The notes: generated by a model from the sequence alone, not told the origin. Positions 34,727-45,052 are shown, numbered from the stretch's first letter. The stretch: 64,000 bases of DNA from a virus (IMGVR_UViG_3300032282_006516:57429-121428); one strand, 5' to 3'. Program-made: numbers and translations.

Positions 34727-36772
34727 TTACACTGGAGAGTTTGTTCGACGCGGCGCACGCTGCTCAGGCAGTGGACGCATGTCCACACCCGTCTGCTCAC
34801 CCCCTTGAGGCTGCCGAGCCGCCAACATCTGGCGCACAAGGTCAGCAAGCTCTGGACTCTGCAGCTCAAGGTTCTGAAGAGCCTGCTCCTGTTGTTGCGG
34901 AGGGAGAGTGGCAAGCATCTGTGCTTGCGCCATCGCGAGCGAAGGCAGGTCGACGTTCTGGCCCTCACCCATGCGCTGCTGTCCCGTGAGTTGGCTAGAC
35001 ACCTGACTCAAGAAGTCCTGCGGAGACGACGCTGCAGGAGGAAGCTGCGCGGGCGCTTGCGCCGGGGGTTGTTGGGCGGGCTGCACCTGTTGCGGGACAC
35101 CCTGCCCCTGTTCCACCGCTTCTGCGCCCGGCGCCCCACCAGCCGCTTGCTGCTCCGGGCCACCCGGTTCACCCGGAGCCTGCGGAGCCTGCATGGCCTG
35201 CTGCTGCGCCTGCTGCGCCTTGGCTTGGAACTTCATCATAATGAGCTGAGACTCGCCTTGAATCTCGGCCATGGCGAGCTGCTGTTTCTTCGTAGCCGCA
35301 AGGCGCGTGTCCGTCTCACGAATCATGATGTCGTTCTCTTCATCCTGAGACAGGTCGCTGTCCGCCAGAAGCGTCGTATCCGAAACCTTGTTGGCCTGAT
35401 TCAGCTGCAGCAAGTATGCCTTGCGTTGAATGTCATCCGCCATCTTGAACGGCTTGAAACGGATGCTCGCCTCGGGCCAACCAAGATATGCAGACACTTG
35501 CTTCATGATGAACTTCGCAAGCGCCTTGTGCCGCAGGATGTAGCCGAGGAACATGTTCTCCATCATGCGCATGGAGACGTTGGTTCCGGCGTAACTCATG
35601 CCGCCCACCAAGAACTCGCGGGGCACGCCCATGCCGGTCATGATTTGCTCAGACCACTGCTGAATCTCACCCGTCAGCAGCAGTGCCTTGCCGTCCCCGC
35701 CAATCGTCTGGTTGCCGACCGGCAGCGGCAGAATCGGGATGTAGTTGCTGTCGTAGCGCCAACGTGCGATCTCCGCCGCAATCTGGTCGCGCCAGTCCAC
35801 CAAATTGATGGTGGTATATGGGTCACTGGAACCCGAGCCCGCCTGCGGGAATAGAACGCGGAGAGGAACGATGTGCTCCAGGAGAATGGCCTCCTGCGCC
35901 TTCTTCATCACCTGCAGGTAGAAGGTGTCCTTCAAAACCGGCAAGAGCAACGGCGTGCCCCAACCACGGTCCTGCGTCGCCAGCGTAGGCCGACGCATGT
36001 GAAAGAAGTTGTCCTTCGAGAAGATGACACCCTTCTGCTCCCGCATGGCCTGGATGAATACCTGCGGTACACCTTCGACGATGTCTTTCCGGCCAATGAC
36101 AACGTCATTTCGAACTACGGCCGGGATCGTGTAGAAGTAGGTGTAATCACCCGTGATGTCGTTGTAGGTGATTTCAATGTCTTCGGGGTTCCAGCGAATG
36201 GTTTTGATGCCGCTCGCGTTCTTGTAGTAGACGTCCTGCGCCTGCGCGTCTCCAACGTACTGACAACGAGGGCAGGTCAGACGGAACTGGAAGCTCGTGA
36301 AGATCCACTGCGCACGAATCTTCGAGGCCTCGTCCCGGAAATCGCACTGGCTGCAGTAGAGGTACTTCTTGAACGGAAAGCCGAGGCTGACGCAGCCGTT
36401 GCCGTAGGCGTGGTAATCGAGACCGGTTTCGATCTGAAACGCGCGGTAGCGCAAGTGGTCGTGGAAATACTCCATCCACCGATTGCGGACTTCAGGTGAC
36501 TCGTGGTCGATGATGAGATCCGTGACGGGATACTCACTGAGTTTGAAGACCGTCGCGTTGATGAGCGGGTTCGTGAGGAAGTAGTAACGACACCACTTGA
36601 ACAGCTGCTTGACCGTAACGGGCAAGTACGTGTGCGCGACATCAAAGAACGGCGAAGGGTAGTTGACGCCCTGTACCGGCGAACCCTGAATTCGACCCCG
36701 TGTTGACGCGAAGCGCAGACCGGAAGCCGGTCCGCTCGCCACACCCATTCCACCGCCACCAATGAAGCTCAT
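34727..36772 (-). CDS. Portal protein with CxxC..CxxC insert and Gln/Pro/Ala-rich C-terminal extension (681 aa)
   Basis: Portal-like pattern (YFLTNPLINA, DYHAYGNG, RGWGTPLLLP, GMGVPREF) with a coiled/low-complexity tail; co-occurs with terminase and capsid genes. Confidence 0.8.
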   Translation of the reverse strand: MSFIGGGGMGVASGPASGLRFASTRGRIQGSPVQGVNYPSPFFDVAHTYLPVTVKQLFKWCRYYFLTNPLINATVFKLSEYPVTDLIIDHESPEVRNRWMEYFHDHLRYRAFQIETGLDYHAYGNGCVSLGFPFKKYLYCSQCDFRDEASKIRAQWIFTSFQFRLTCPRCQYVGDAQAQDVYYKNASGIKTIRWNPEDIEITYNDITGDYTYFYTIPAVVRNDVVIGRKDIVEGVPQVFIQAMREQKGVIFSKDNFFHMRRPTLATQDRGWGTPLLLPVLKDTFYLQVMKKAQEAILLEHIVPLRVLFPQAGSGSSDPYTTINLVDWRDQIAAEIARWRYDSNYIPILPLPVGNQTIGGDGKALLLTGEIQQWSEQIMTGMGVPREFLVGGMSYAGTNVSMRMMENMFLGYILRHKALAKFIMKQVSAYLGWPEASIRFKPFKMADDIQRKAYLLQLNQANKVSDTTLLADSDLSQDEENDIMIRETDTRLAATKKQQLAMAEIQGESQLIMMKFQAKAQQAQQQAMQAPQAPGEPGGPEQQAAGGAPGAEAVEQGQGVPQQVQPAQQPPAQAPAQLPPAASSPQDFLSQVSSQLTGQQRMGEGQNVDLPSLAMAQAQMLATLPPQQQEQALQNLELQSPELADLVRQMLAARQPQGGEQTGVDMRPLPEQRAPRRTNSPV

Positions 36773-36796
36773 GCTGTTCTCCGCCTCAACGGGGCA

Positions 36797-37912
36797 TCAA
36801 AGACCAATGTCCGGCTGCTGCCCGGCGGCTGCAGGGCTCATGATGCGTTCGCTCGGCACGTTCTGGCTTTCCGCGGGCTCAAGCGTACTGGGAGTCATTC
36901 CGGGATTCATTCCCGGAGCCCGTACACCACGCAGCCGGTCGACGCCACGCCCAACAAGGCGCCCCGCTGTACCAAGCGTGCCGCCTAGCACGGACTGTCC
37001 GACAATCGGCAAGAAACTACCCGCCACGGCACCCGCCGTTTCGCCGAGGTTCTGGCCGATGTCTTCTCCCTTACCCACCGGACGCTGCCCATCGGCTTGT
37101 GTTGTTTCTTCACGTCGAGCCAACGTGGCAAGTGTACTCAATCCGGCCGGCACCAGTGTCATCGCGCCAGTCAGACTGAGGGGGCTTCCTTGCAATCCCG
37201 CCCTCAGCACCTTTCCAGCACCATGCTGCCGTGCAGCACTCGCTATACCTGGAAGGCTCGTCAAATCCATCTGGCCTCCCGTGTATGCCCGGGCTTCACT
37301 CAAAGCCTTTTCAGCCGACTGCACGTTTTTCGCAAGGTTGGCGTGTTGAGCGGCGTCGGCCGCGGCAACGGACTGACCGCGAACACGTCGCCACGCCTCG
37401 CCCATTAGACCACGAGGAGCCGGATTGGCTGCCGCTTGCTGTGCGGCGTGCAACGCCGCTTGAGCGTCGTACGCGCCACCACGGACAGCCATAAGTTCTG
37501 CGGGAGAGAGCATCCCCGTCAAGCCATGAACCTGCCTTTGGCCAAAACGCGCAGTTGCCCCCAACGCACCCCCGCGCTGCGCTAGACCTGAAATGTCGCC
37601 GCGCGCCAGCAGTCCCGCACCAGCGCCTAAGCCGGCACCGAGCAAAGCGCCCTTTTTTGCACCAGACACCGCTCCGCCAAAACCGTGCAATACGGACTGC
37701 CCGGCGCTTGCACCTTGCCGGCGGGCTTCTCGGTAATCGCGCACGACACCCAAGCCGGCACCGCCGAGCGTTCCAGCCGCCGTTCCAATACTCATCAGCG
37801 TGCCGACATTTTTTAGCTGCGGCGCAAAACGAGCCACCACGTCCGAGTAACCGGCCGTCTTCTGAAGTTCGTCACGAAAAGCGCCCAGAGCGTGTTCACT
37901 TATCTTAGACAT
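36797..37912 (-). CDS. Putative internal virion protein with multiple glycine zippers (start MSKISEH)
   Basis: QKTAG near the N-terminus; GTAAGTLGGAGLG, GALLGAGLGAGAG, GETAGAVAG, GGTLGTAG. Confidence 0.7.
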   Translation of the reverse strand: MSKISEHALGAFRDELQKTAGYSDVVARFAPQLKNVGTLMSIGTAAGTLGGAGLGVVRDYREARRQGASAGQSVLHGFGGAVSGAKKGALLGAGLGAGAGLLARGDISGLAQRGGALGATARFGQRQVHGLTGMLSPAELMAVRGGAYDAQAALHAAQQAAANPAPRGLMGEAWRRVRGQSVAAADAAQHANLAKNVQSAEKALSEARAYTGGQMDLTSLPGIASAARQHGAGKVLRAGLQGSPLSLTGAMTLVPAGLSTLATLARREETTQADGQRPVGKGEDIGQNLGETAGAVAGSFLPIVGQSVLGGTLGTAGRLVGRGVDRLRGVRAPGMNPGMTPSTLEPAESQNVPSERIMSPAAAGQQPDIGL

Positions 37913-38681
37913 GAAGGCGCTCCTGCTGCCGTAGCCGTTCACGGCTCTCTTCAAGATAACCGTTCACTGTCAGCAGCCGGCGAAGCTGCTCGTCAACGAA
38001 CGTGTCTCCCTTAGGTGGACGACCTGCTTGACGCACGGCGGGCCACTTCTGCGCGAGTTCCTTCTCGTCGATTTCTTCAGGAACATCGAGCTGGACGAAG
38101 TCGAGCGGAGGCAGCGGCAAGAACACTCCATCGTGGTGGTAAACCGTTTTGAAGTACGCCTTCATCTCGCTTGACCACTCCACGTCTTCGCGGATTCGGT
38201 TGGCGATGTCAGCCGCCACCAAGCACTGAGCGACCGTGGGCGCGTGCATGACGCGGAAGTCCGGAAACTCCCCGTTGAACGGAAGCAGGCAGGCGACAAA
38301 CACCTCCCAGCGCTCCCAGAACGAATCCACAAGATGAAGCGTTCGGCACGCTTGAATCTTCGCGATGTTCAGTTCGCTAACGGAGGGTGTCTTGAACTCA
38401 AGCGGAATGCGGTGGCGAAGCGTCGCGGCCTCCCACCCCAACCATTCCGGCCCGTAACGCCGCAGCAACGCAAGATCGAGAACCAACGGATGTGCATCCG
38501 GGTGTCGCCAAAGATTCGCTGCGGTAACGGTCGACGGCGGTGCGGGAAGCTCCGCCGTGTACGTCTCCTCCTTGGGAACCTGTGTCTCGACCTTGTCGGA
38601 CTCCGGACTAAGCGGCTCAGGCGTTCGTGCCGTTATCGTCTGGAGCGCCTCCAAAAAGGCCCGCTCATGGTCCGGCTGCAT
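37905..38681 (-). CDS. Hypothetical protein (258 aa)
   Basis: Tight packing in the portal operon. Confidence 0.7.
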   Translation of the reverse strand: MQPDHERAFLEALQTITARTPEPLSPESDKVETQVPKEETYTAELPAPPSTVTAANLWRHPDAHPLVLDLALLRRYGPEWLGWEAATLRHRIPLEFKTPSVSELNIAKIQACRTLHLVDSFWERWEVFVACLLPFNGEFPDFRVMHAPTVAQCLVAADIANRIREDVEWSSEMKAYFKTVYHHDGVFLPLPPLDFVQLDVPEEIDEKELAQKWPAVRQAGRPPKGDTFVDEQLRRLLTVNGYLEESRERLRQQERLHV

Positions 38682-38683
38682 GG

Positions 38684-40174
38684 TCAGTAGTACGTGCGCT
38701 CAGCGCCCGGTTGCGTGCTGTTCGCAATCCGCATGATCATCTTCTTCTGGTCGAGCGGGAGACTCTTGAAGATGCCCACCGGGTCCTTCAAGAACTCTTC
38801 CTGAAAGTCCCCACCAAACGTCAGCTTCACCGTGTGGGCCGCAATACGCGAAAGGCGCTTGAGGTCGGCTTCCGTCACCAGCTCGTTGCCGATGACTTCA
38901 CTGAACTCCGGCTCCTGCGCCTCTTTCTCAAACCCGTAGACGGAGTAGTACGGGTCCGGGATGGTGCGGTCGTAGTGGTGGTCAAGACCCGCTACCTTAT
39001 CGAACTCGGCGAGCATGCCCGCGACCTCAGCCGCGGTGAACGACTGAACCTGCTGCGCGCTCGCTTCTTTCCACATGCGGAAACGAGCGACCTTCTCAAC
39101 CTCACCCAGCAGCGCGAGCGCGTCGGCGTTGTGCGCCACCTCAAGACGGCGCGCATCGAACGCCGCTTTGATTTCGTGCTCCGGGGCAAAGTCATCGGCG
39201 CCGTACTTCTGCGCGACGTCGCTCACGGGAAGGGCGAGAGCGCTCGCCGACTTCACCAGATTGACGGCAAACTCACGGCGCATCTCCGGCACCATGTGCC
39301 GAACATACGTATCGAAGTACGCGCTGGCAGCCTTGACCTGCGCATAGCTGTCGAGCGGGTACTTCTGCAGTGTCGGCAGCGCGTACCTCGACGCCTTCTT
39401 CTCCACGACGACCTTGGGGGGTTCCTTGTTGGAAACGTCCACCGTCGGGCGAAGCGACTGCGCCTGCGGATGCGACCCGGCCTGCTCCTTCGTCGGCGGC
39501 TGCACAAGGTCCGGCGGCACATCCGTGTCCCCCTTCGACGCCGAGATGAGCCGACCAATCGAAGCCGTCTTATTCACGACGGTCTTGGATTTCAGTGCAG
39601 CGCTTGGGTCGCTCGGCGGCTGGGAGGGCATCAAAGTCGTGCCGCTGGCTTCGGCCATCTTGCGCCCAAGAAACTCGTTACGCATCTGCGGCGTTACCAG
39701 GGCGTTTCCCTGAGCCTGAAGCGCCTTCTGCGCGGTGCGGTTTTCCTTGATGGTGTTCGCCGTCCCTTGAATCGTCGGAATCGCCGTCAACGCCGTCAGT
39801 GCCGTGCCAACGCCCAGCGCAATCTTCTCCAGCGGCTCTGGTGGCGTAAGGTCGTACCACGCGCACGCCGTCTTCAGATTTTCCGCCGCAATCTGCTGCG
39901 CTTCCACCGGCAGCTTGTGGGCGTTCTTCAAGAAGTACTCGACCGACAAGGCTGTGTTGCCCGCGTCGATGCACGCGTACTTGCGGAGCTTCTCACCGTT
40001 GTTCAGCATGACGAGCGCGAACACGTCGTCAGGAAGCTGCTGCCGGTCCTCGGCCGTCACGACGTGCGCCTGCTTCACGTGACCAGGAATCTGGTCGAAA
40101 CGCGGGTACAGCTCACGCAGCGTCGCGCCGTTGAAGTCGTCGTAGACATCCAAAACAAGTCCGCTCGTCTGCAT
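38684..40174 (-). CDS. Putative virion protein with K-x-A motifs and an internal repeated domain (496 aa)
   Basis: EKIAL, RKMAE, NKTAS, KKAS, VKSAS, WKEAS; the segments KYACIDAGNTALSVEYF and KYPLDSYAQVKAASAYF resemble each other. Confidence 0.7.
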   Translation of the reverse strand: MQTSGLVLDVYDDFNGATLRELYPRFDQIPGHVKQAHVVTAEDRQQLPDDVFALVMLNNGEKLRKYACIDAGNTALSVEYFLKNAHKLPVEAQQIAAENLKTACAWYDLTPPEPLEKIALGVGTALTALTAIPTIQGTANTIKENRTAQKALQAQGNALVTPQMRNEFLGRKMAEASGTTLMPSQPPSDPSAALKSKTVVNKTASIGRLISASKGDTDVPPDLVQPPTKEQAGSHPQAQSLRPTVDVSNKEPPKVVVEKKASRYALPTLQKYPLDSYAQVKAASAYFDTYVRHMVPEMRREFAVNLVKSASALALPVSDVAQKYGADDFAPEHEIKAAFDARRLEVAHNADALALLGEVEKVARFRMWKEASAQQVQSFTAAEVAGMLAEFDKVAGLDHHYDRTIPDPYYSVYGFEKEAQEPEFSEVIGNELVTEADLKRLSRIAAHTVKLTFGGDFQEEFLKDPVGIFKSLPLDQKKMIMRIANSTQPGAERTYY

Positions 40175-40197
40175 GTGGGCATCCTATCTCGTCTAGG

Positions 40198-40224
40198 AAA
40201 ATAGCGGTAGTCCGCGGGCATAAG
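40198..40224 (+). promoter_or_regulatory. Candidate phage promoter AAA-N19-ATAAG (copy 5), head of the replication region
   Basis: AAA 40198-200, ATAAG 40220-24; TAGG at the same offset as in copies 1-2. Confidence 0.5.
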
Positions 40225-40261
40225 GTAGGTGAGCGCTCTCCAACTAGAGCGCCGGAGCACT

Positions 40262-40891
40262 ATGACAACGCACCTTCAACAGCAAACCGCTCCTAGTTGT
40301 TTCGGTCAGGAGTGGGACCGCAACGAACCGGAATGTGCTGGTGGCCCTGACGCCGCGTACATCCATCCCAAGACCGGACAACACATTCGAGACCAGTGCA
40401 ACTTCTTTCAGTCCTGCGGTGCCCGAACGCAAGTCAAAAAGATGCAAGCGCCTGCACTTGTCGCCCCGCAGCAGCTCGTGCGCCCGCCGGTCATCCCGAC
40501 CGTACAGGCTGCCGCTGTACCGGCCAAACCACCAACGCCCCAAACGCCTGCAGCGCAACCACAAAACTTCTCCGATTTCCTGAGACATCAGCAGGCGGCG
40601 CACATCGAGGCGCAACGCCAGGCCGCCCTTACAGCGTCTCGTCCACAAGCACCGGCACCCTACCAACCACCGCAACATCAACAACAACAACAACCAGCAC
40701 AGTTCGCGCAGTATCCTGCGCCGGCATACCAGCTGAACTACATGATGCCGGGCTATCTCTCCGCGCCGGAAGTAAGGCATGAAGGCGAAGGACTATTGCC
40801 TGTGCTGGGGCGTGAGGTTATTCGGTCCGTGTTCAAGGCGCTCGGCCATTCGGTGTCGCACTTCTTCGACGTACGGGTGATGAAGCCGTGA
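40262..40891 (+). CDS. Hypothetical protein; Cys/His N-terminus, Gln/Pro-rich linker (~209 aa)
   Basis: GGAG RBS; CFG...C...C..C; GTGA overlap with the helicase. Confidence 0.6.
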   Translation: MTTHLQQQTAPSCFGQEWDRNEPECAGGPDAAYIHPKTGQHIRDQCNFFQSCGARTQVKKMQAPALVAPQQLVRPPVIPTVQAAAVPAKPPTPQTPAAQPQNFSDFLRHQQAAHIEAQRQAALTASRPQAPAPYQPPQHQQQQQPAQFAQYPAPAYQLNYMMPGYLSAPEVRHEGEGLLPVLGREVIRSVFKALGHSVSHFFDVRVMKP

Positions 40892-42612
40892 GACTGCTCG
40901 TACGCCGGCCCGATACCGGCTACCTCGATTCCATGCTCTGGGTCCCCAAGGCGGCAGTGAACGCCGAGGGGACCAAGCGCGCGTTGACGTTTCAGTTTTC
41001 CGACGCGCAGAAGGTAACGCTACTCACGCTCTACAAGGAGACGGAGCACCATCTTCTCGTACCGCGCGAGTTCTGGCGACCGGAAGACTTCACCTTCCCC
41101 GTCGTCGACTGCCGCCCGCAGCAGTATCCCCGTGTCTCGATTCGGAGTCGAATCCATCTCGACCACCGATACGAGAACGGTGTCCCCTCCCCAACGGGAA
41201 CCACGGTTCAGCAGGAAGCGATGACAGCGCTTCTACAGTCGCGGGGCGGCGTGCTGCAACTAGCCTGCGGTCTCGGCAAGACGGTCGTGGCGCTCGATTA
41301 CATCGCGCGCCGCGGCGTCCCCGCACTCATCGTGCTCGACACGACGCAGCTGATGAAGCAGTGGCGTGAGGAAATCGAGCAACATCTGGAAGTGCCAGAC
41401 GGCGTCGGCTTGATTCAGGGCGAGACGTTCGACTGGAAGAAACCGGTGGTACTTGCCACGTACCACTCACTCGCTGCGCGAGCCGGAACAATGCCGGAAG
41501 AAGTACGTCGGTGGTTCGGCACCGTGGTGTGGGACGAGGCACATCACGTTGGAGCCCCGATGTTTTCACGCAGCGCCGACTTGTTCTACGGCGTCCGCCT
41601 TGGCCTTACAGCAACACCCGACCGAGATGACGGGTTGCACGTCGTCTACAACTTTCATCTCGGTCCCGTCATCTACAAGAACCTTACCCAAGACCTGAAG
41701 CCGCGCATCTACTTCATGTGGACCGGCCTGAGTCTGGATAAGACCGACCCACACGTCCTAGCCGCCGTGAACGATAAGAACGGCGAGCTGCACATCAACA
41801 AGGTTGCGGGCTTCCTTGGTGGGTGGAAGCCGCGCATCGACTTCGTCATCGACCAAATACGACAAGCCGTAGCGAACGGCCGCAAGGTCATCGTGCTCTC
41901 CAAGAGCGTCGATTCGCTCATCAACATGCTCGGCGCTTGGAACAACGCGACGCAGCTCGTCTCCGACATTCCCTTCCCAACCGCTCAAGACGTAGGCGAA
42001 ACAACACCACCCGCAGAGCTTTCGGAACACGACGAACGCCGGTTGACGCGGAAGCTACATGCGACCATCGCCGCTATCCAGCGTAAACCCGCCAATCTAC
42101 AAACCGAGCTTGTCGCAAAAGCGAACATCGAGCAGGCGCTTGAGGCGCACCGCGTCTACAAGAAATGTCTTGCTTTGTGGAACAAGAAACGTGCAAGCCA
42201 CCTCAAGCAACTGCTTGCACAACCGAGCAGCGCCGGGTTGATGATTTACAAAGTCGACCCCGAAGAACGCAGCCGCATGCTGCGCGAGAAACAGGTGACG
42301 TTTGCCATCGCGAAGTACGGCCGCGAAGGGCTAAATGAACGAAGCCTGGACACTATCATCGTTAACGAGCCTTTAAGCAGCCGTAACGCACTACAGCAAC
42401 TAATGGGGCGTGTACTGCGTCACAAGGTTGGCAAGAAAGAGCCGGTAGTTGTCTTTCTCGAAGACGACATTGGCCCTTTCATTGGCATGTGCCGCAAGTT
42501 AAGACAGCACCTACGCGAATGGCCCACCGATGAGGGCGGGCCGTTTGAATACGACAACGTCGGACATCCCAACAACGTAAGGAAGAACAAATGGAAAACG
42601 GTCTTTGGGTGA
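40888..42612 (+). CDS. Superfamily 2 DNA helicase (UvsW/XPB-like, 574 aa)
   Basis: LACGLGKT, DEAHH, GLTATP, GREGLN, QLMGRVLR. Confidence 0.9.
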   Translation: MRLLVRRPDTGYLDSMLWVPKAAVNAEGTKRALTFQFSDAQKVTLLTLYKETEHHLLVPREFWRPEDFTFPVVDCRPQQYPRVSIRSRIHLDHRYENGVPSPTGTTVQQEAMTALLQSRGGVLQLACGLGKTVVALDYIARRGVPALIVLDTTQLMKQWREEIEQHLEVPDGVGLIQGETFDWKKPVVLATYHSLAARAGTMPEEVRRWFGTVVWDEAHHVGAPMFSRSADLFYGVRLGLTATPDRDDGLHVVYNFHLGPVIYKNLTQDLKPRIYFMWTGLSLDKTDPHVLAAVNDKNGELHINKVAGFLGGWKPRIDFVIDQIRQAVANGRKVIVLSKSVDSLINMLGAWNNATQLVSDIPFPTAQDVGETTPPAELSEHDERRLTRKLHATIAAIQRKPANLQTELVAKANIEQALEAHRVYKKCLALWNKKRASHLKQLLAQPSSAGLMIYKVDPEERSRMLREKQVTFAIAKYGREGLNERSLDTIIVNEPLSSRNALQQLMGRVLRHKVGKKEPVVVFLEDDIGPFIGMCRKLRQHLREWPTDEGGPFEYDNVGHPNNVRKNKWKTVFG

Positions 42613-43028
42613 TCATCACCACCACCAGCGGAGCGCGTGTGCTCGGTCAAATCGCCGCACTGAACTTCAACAAGGAGCTGCCGAGCATCGACCCCTCAGA
42701 CGTACTGGCCGCCGAGGTCGTCACGCTCATGCCGGCGTTCGACTTCTTCGCGCCGCTGCGCCCCGTCCCGGTCACGGGGCCGAACGGTCAGCAGCAAATG
42801 GCCATGGCCCGCGACCCCATCGTCACGGGCCGCGACTTCGCGCTGAAGCCGTACCCGGTGCACATCACGGTCGGCGGCAACATGCAGTTCGACTTCATCC
42901 ACGAGATGGAGCCGACCGACCAGCGCACCTACCGCAACTTCATCGAGTCGGCGCAGCAGGCGACCGACGCCGAGTCGGCGCGCAAGGCCGGGGTCATTCT
43001 GCCCACAGGGCCGCGTGTCCACGCCTGA
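42591..43028 (+). CDS. Hypothetical protein (145 aa)
   Basis: Strong codon bias; operon packing. Confidence 0.7.
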   Translation: MENGLWVIITTTSGARVLGQIAALNFNKELPSIDPSDVLAAEVVTLMPAFDFFAPLRPVPVTGPNGQQQMAMARDPIVTGRDFALKPYPVHITVGGNMQFDFIHEMEPTDQRTYRNFIESAQQATDAESARKAGVILPTGPRVHA

Positions 43029-43881
43029 GCTAGTACCGAACATCCGTAAGCCCCTCCCCCAGCTTCGCGCTGAGTGGGAGGGGTGCACGGCATGTAACCT
43101 CGGTCACAGCCGCCAAGAGCGCCAAGGACATTTCGTGTTTGGCGCCGGAACAACTGGCGGCGTGATGTTCATCGGCGAAGGGCCGGGGCTGGAAGAGGAG
43201 CAGACGGGTGACCCTGCGGTCGGCGCCAGCGGCGCTCTTCTCCGGCAGGTTCTCGCAAAGCTCGGGCTTGAGTCCTACTACATCACCAACATCGTCGCCT
43301 GCCGGTCTTGCGCCGTGCAGCTGGACGAGAAGCAACAGCCGATTTTCCGCAAGAACTGGCAGACGAAGCAGATGGGACTTGTCTACAAAGACGAGCCTCC
43401 GACACCGCCGCAATACAACGCCTGCCTCGCTCGGCTCTACGAAGAAATCTACCTCGTCGACCCAACCGTCATCGTCGGCTTGGGCGGCAAGGTCGTCGAG
43501 GCCCTCACGAGGCGCCCTGCCACGATTACCCGAGATCGGGGTGAGCCCACTCAGATTGAGATTCCCGGCGCAAGCTGGCGAGCCAAGCTGACGGACAAGA
43601 AACAAAGCTGGCTACGACGCAGCAAAGAAGGGACGTTCGCACCGGTCGAGCAAAACACCGTCCGGTACTACTTCCTACCTACGTTGCCTCCGTCGTACGT
43701 GATTCGCAAGTTTGCGGACCGTGCGCCGGACAGCCCGTTCTATCTGTTCCTCAACGACTTGAGGACCGCCATTCGCACGCACGAAGTCCACCAGGAGCTA
43801 GTCCACGGCGTCCTCCCGACGACCGAGATGCGCACCGACGACCAAATCATCCACAACGAGCTGCAGTTCCAAGGAGAATAA
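43015..43881 (+). CDS. Uracil-DNA glycosylase family 4 with insertions (288 aa)
   Basis: CTAC-x-L, IGEGPG, GASG, YITNIVAC, C..RL..EI..VDP..IVGLG. Confidence 0.8.
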   Translation: MSTPELVPNIRKPLPQLRAEWEGCTACNLGHSRQERQGHFVFGAGTTGGVMFIGEGPGLEEEQTGDPAVGASGALLRQVLAKLGLESYYITNIVACRSCAVQLDEKQQPIFRKNWQTKQMGLVYKDEPPTPPQYNACLARLYEEIYLVDPTVIVGLGGKVVEALTRRPATITRDRGEPTQIEIPGASWRAKLTDKKQSWLRRSKEGTFAPVEQNTVRYYFLPTLPPSYVIRKFADRAPDSPFYLFLNDLRTAIRTHEVHQELVHGVLPTTEMRTDDQIIHNELQFQGE

Positions 43882-43883
43882 CC

Positions 43884-44321
43884 GTGAAGAAGAAAACCGC
43901 CGCGAAGGTCAGCCCGGCAGAGATGCCGGCCGTCATCGAGTTCCTCGACGCGCAGGCCGCACTGGAGGAGTTCCGGCAGGAGCACGCCGTCGTGTTCGAG
44001 CAGCTCGCGCAGCTGACCGAGCGGTACAACTCGTGTCTGGAGCAGGCGGAGAAGTCCTGCCGCCAGGCATCCGTGACGTGCGGCCCGTTCCAGCTCTACC
44101 AGTTCACAACGAAGTACGACCCGGAGGCCCTCTACAACGCCGTGGGTCGTGAGGCGTTCCTGGAACTCGGCGGCAGCGTCGGCACGAAGGTCAGCTACGA
44201 GGTCGACCGCGGCCGCCTGGAGGCAGCTATCGCACAGGGCAAGCTGCCCGAGGAGACCGTGACGGTGGTGCGTAAGGAAACCCCTTGCTACCGCAAGCCG
44301 GAGAAGCTGGTGCTTCCGTGA
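43884..44321 (+). CDS. Hypothetical protein (145 aa), coiled N-terminus
   Basis: GGAG RBS, GTG start, strong codon bias. Confidence 0.65.
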   Translation: MKKKTAAKVSPAEMPAVIEFLDAQAALEEFRQEHAVVFEQLAQLTERYNSCLEQAEKSCRQASVTCGPFQLYQFTTKYDPEALYNAVGREAFLELGGSVGTKVSYEVDRGRLEAAIAQGKLPEETVTVVRKETPCYRKPEKLVLP

Positions 44322-44611
44322 ACACCGCGCAGGTGGACTACACCGGGCCGAACGGTACGCGCTCACGCCGTGAACCGCTCGACCCGATTGCGGGACTCTG
44401 CAGCCCGAACACACCGAAGGCCCGCGTAAGCATTTCGGTGGGCACGCAGCACGACTACGGGCGCATCAAGGTAGCTGCCACGGTGAGCTACGAATGTGAC
44501 CAAACGCAGGGCCGGGTGGATGAGGCCGGTGTCCTGGCGTTTACAAAGGCCGTCGAGTTCATGACCGACAGCCTCGACCTGCTCCTGAACGAGCAAGAGA
44601 AGACGCCATGA
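44318..44611 (+). CDS. Hypothetical protein (~97 aa, GTG start)
   Basis: GTGA and ATGA overlaps on both sides. Confidence 0.6.
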   Translation: MNTAQVDYTGPNGTRSRREPLDPIAGLCSPNTPKARVSISVGTQHDYGRIKVAATVSYECDQTQGRVDEAGVLAFTKAVEFMTDSLDLLLNEQEKTP

Positions 44612-44937
44612 TTCGAGGTCATGCCAAGTTCGACGGTATGGCGCTGGGTGAAGGCACGTTCAGCTTCCTCGGCGCAACCGTGCATCTCGAAGCTAAGGCG
44701 GCGTTCATCAACACCAAAACGGGGGACACGCATGGGTGGACGAAGAACACCCAGTGGTCCCCCGCGGTGATTGAGAAGCTCCAAGAGCTGCGTGCGCTGA
44801 TGGAGGCGGATCTCGGACGCATCCATCTCCAGGAGGGCGGCGAGGTTCTCGTCGCCGGGGCGCCGACCCGGACCCCGCGCATCGTCGAAGCCGGAGGCCT
44901 CGGCGAGCACCTCCGAGACCCGACGCCCCAGGTCTGA
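44608..44937 (+). CDS. Hypothetical protein (109 aa)
   Basis: ATGA coupling; followed by a terminator. Confidence 0.65.
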   Translation: MIRGHAKFDGMALGEGTFSFLGATVHLEAKAAFINTKTGDTHGWTKNTQWSPAVIEKLQELRALMEADLGRIHLQEGGEVLVAGAPTRTPRIVEAGGLGEHLRDPTPQV

Positions 44938-44947
44938 AACGACCCAC

Positions 44948-45000
44948 CACAACCCCTAGTGGTACGCCGCGCTGTGTACCGCTAGGGGTTGTGTGCTTTT
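44948..45000 (+). terminator. Long hairpin terminator
   Basis: CACAACCCCTAG-T-GGTAC...GTACC-G-CTAGGGGTTGTG then TGCTTTT. Confidence 0.65.
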
Positions 45001-45052
45001 GGCATGCGTTGACGCTGCTCCTTGAGCGGGGGCAAGGTCGCGCGCTCGCGCA

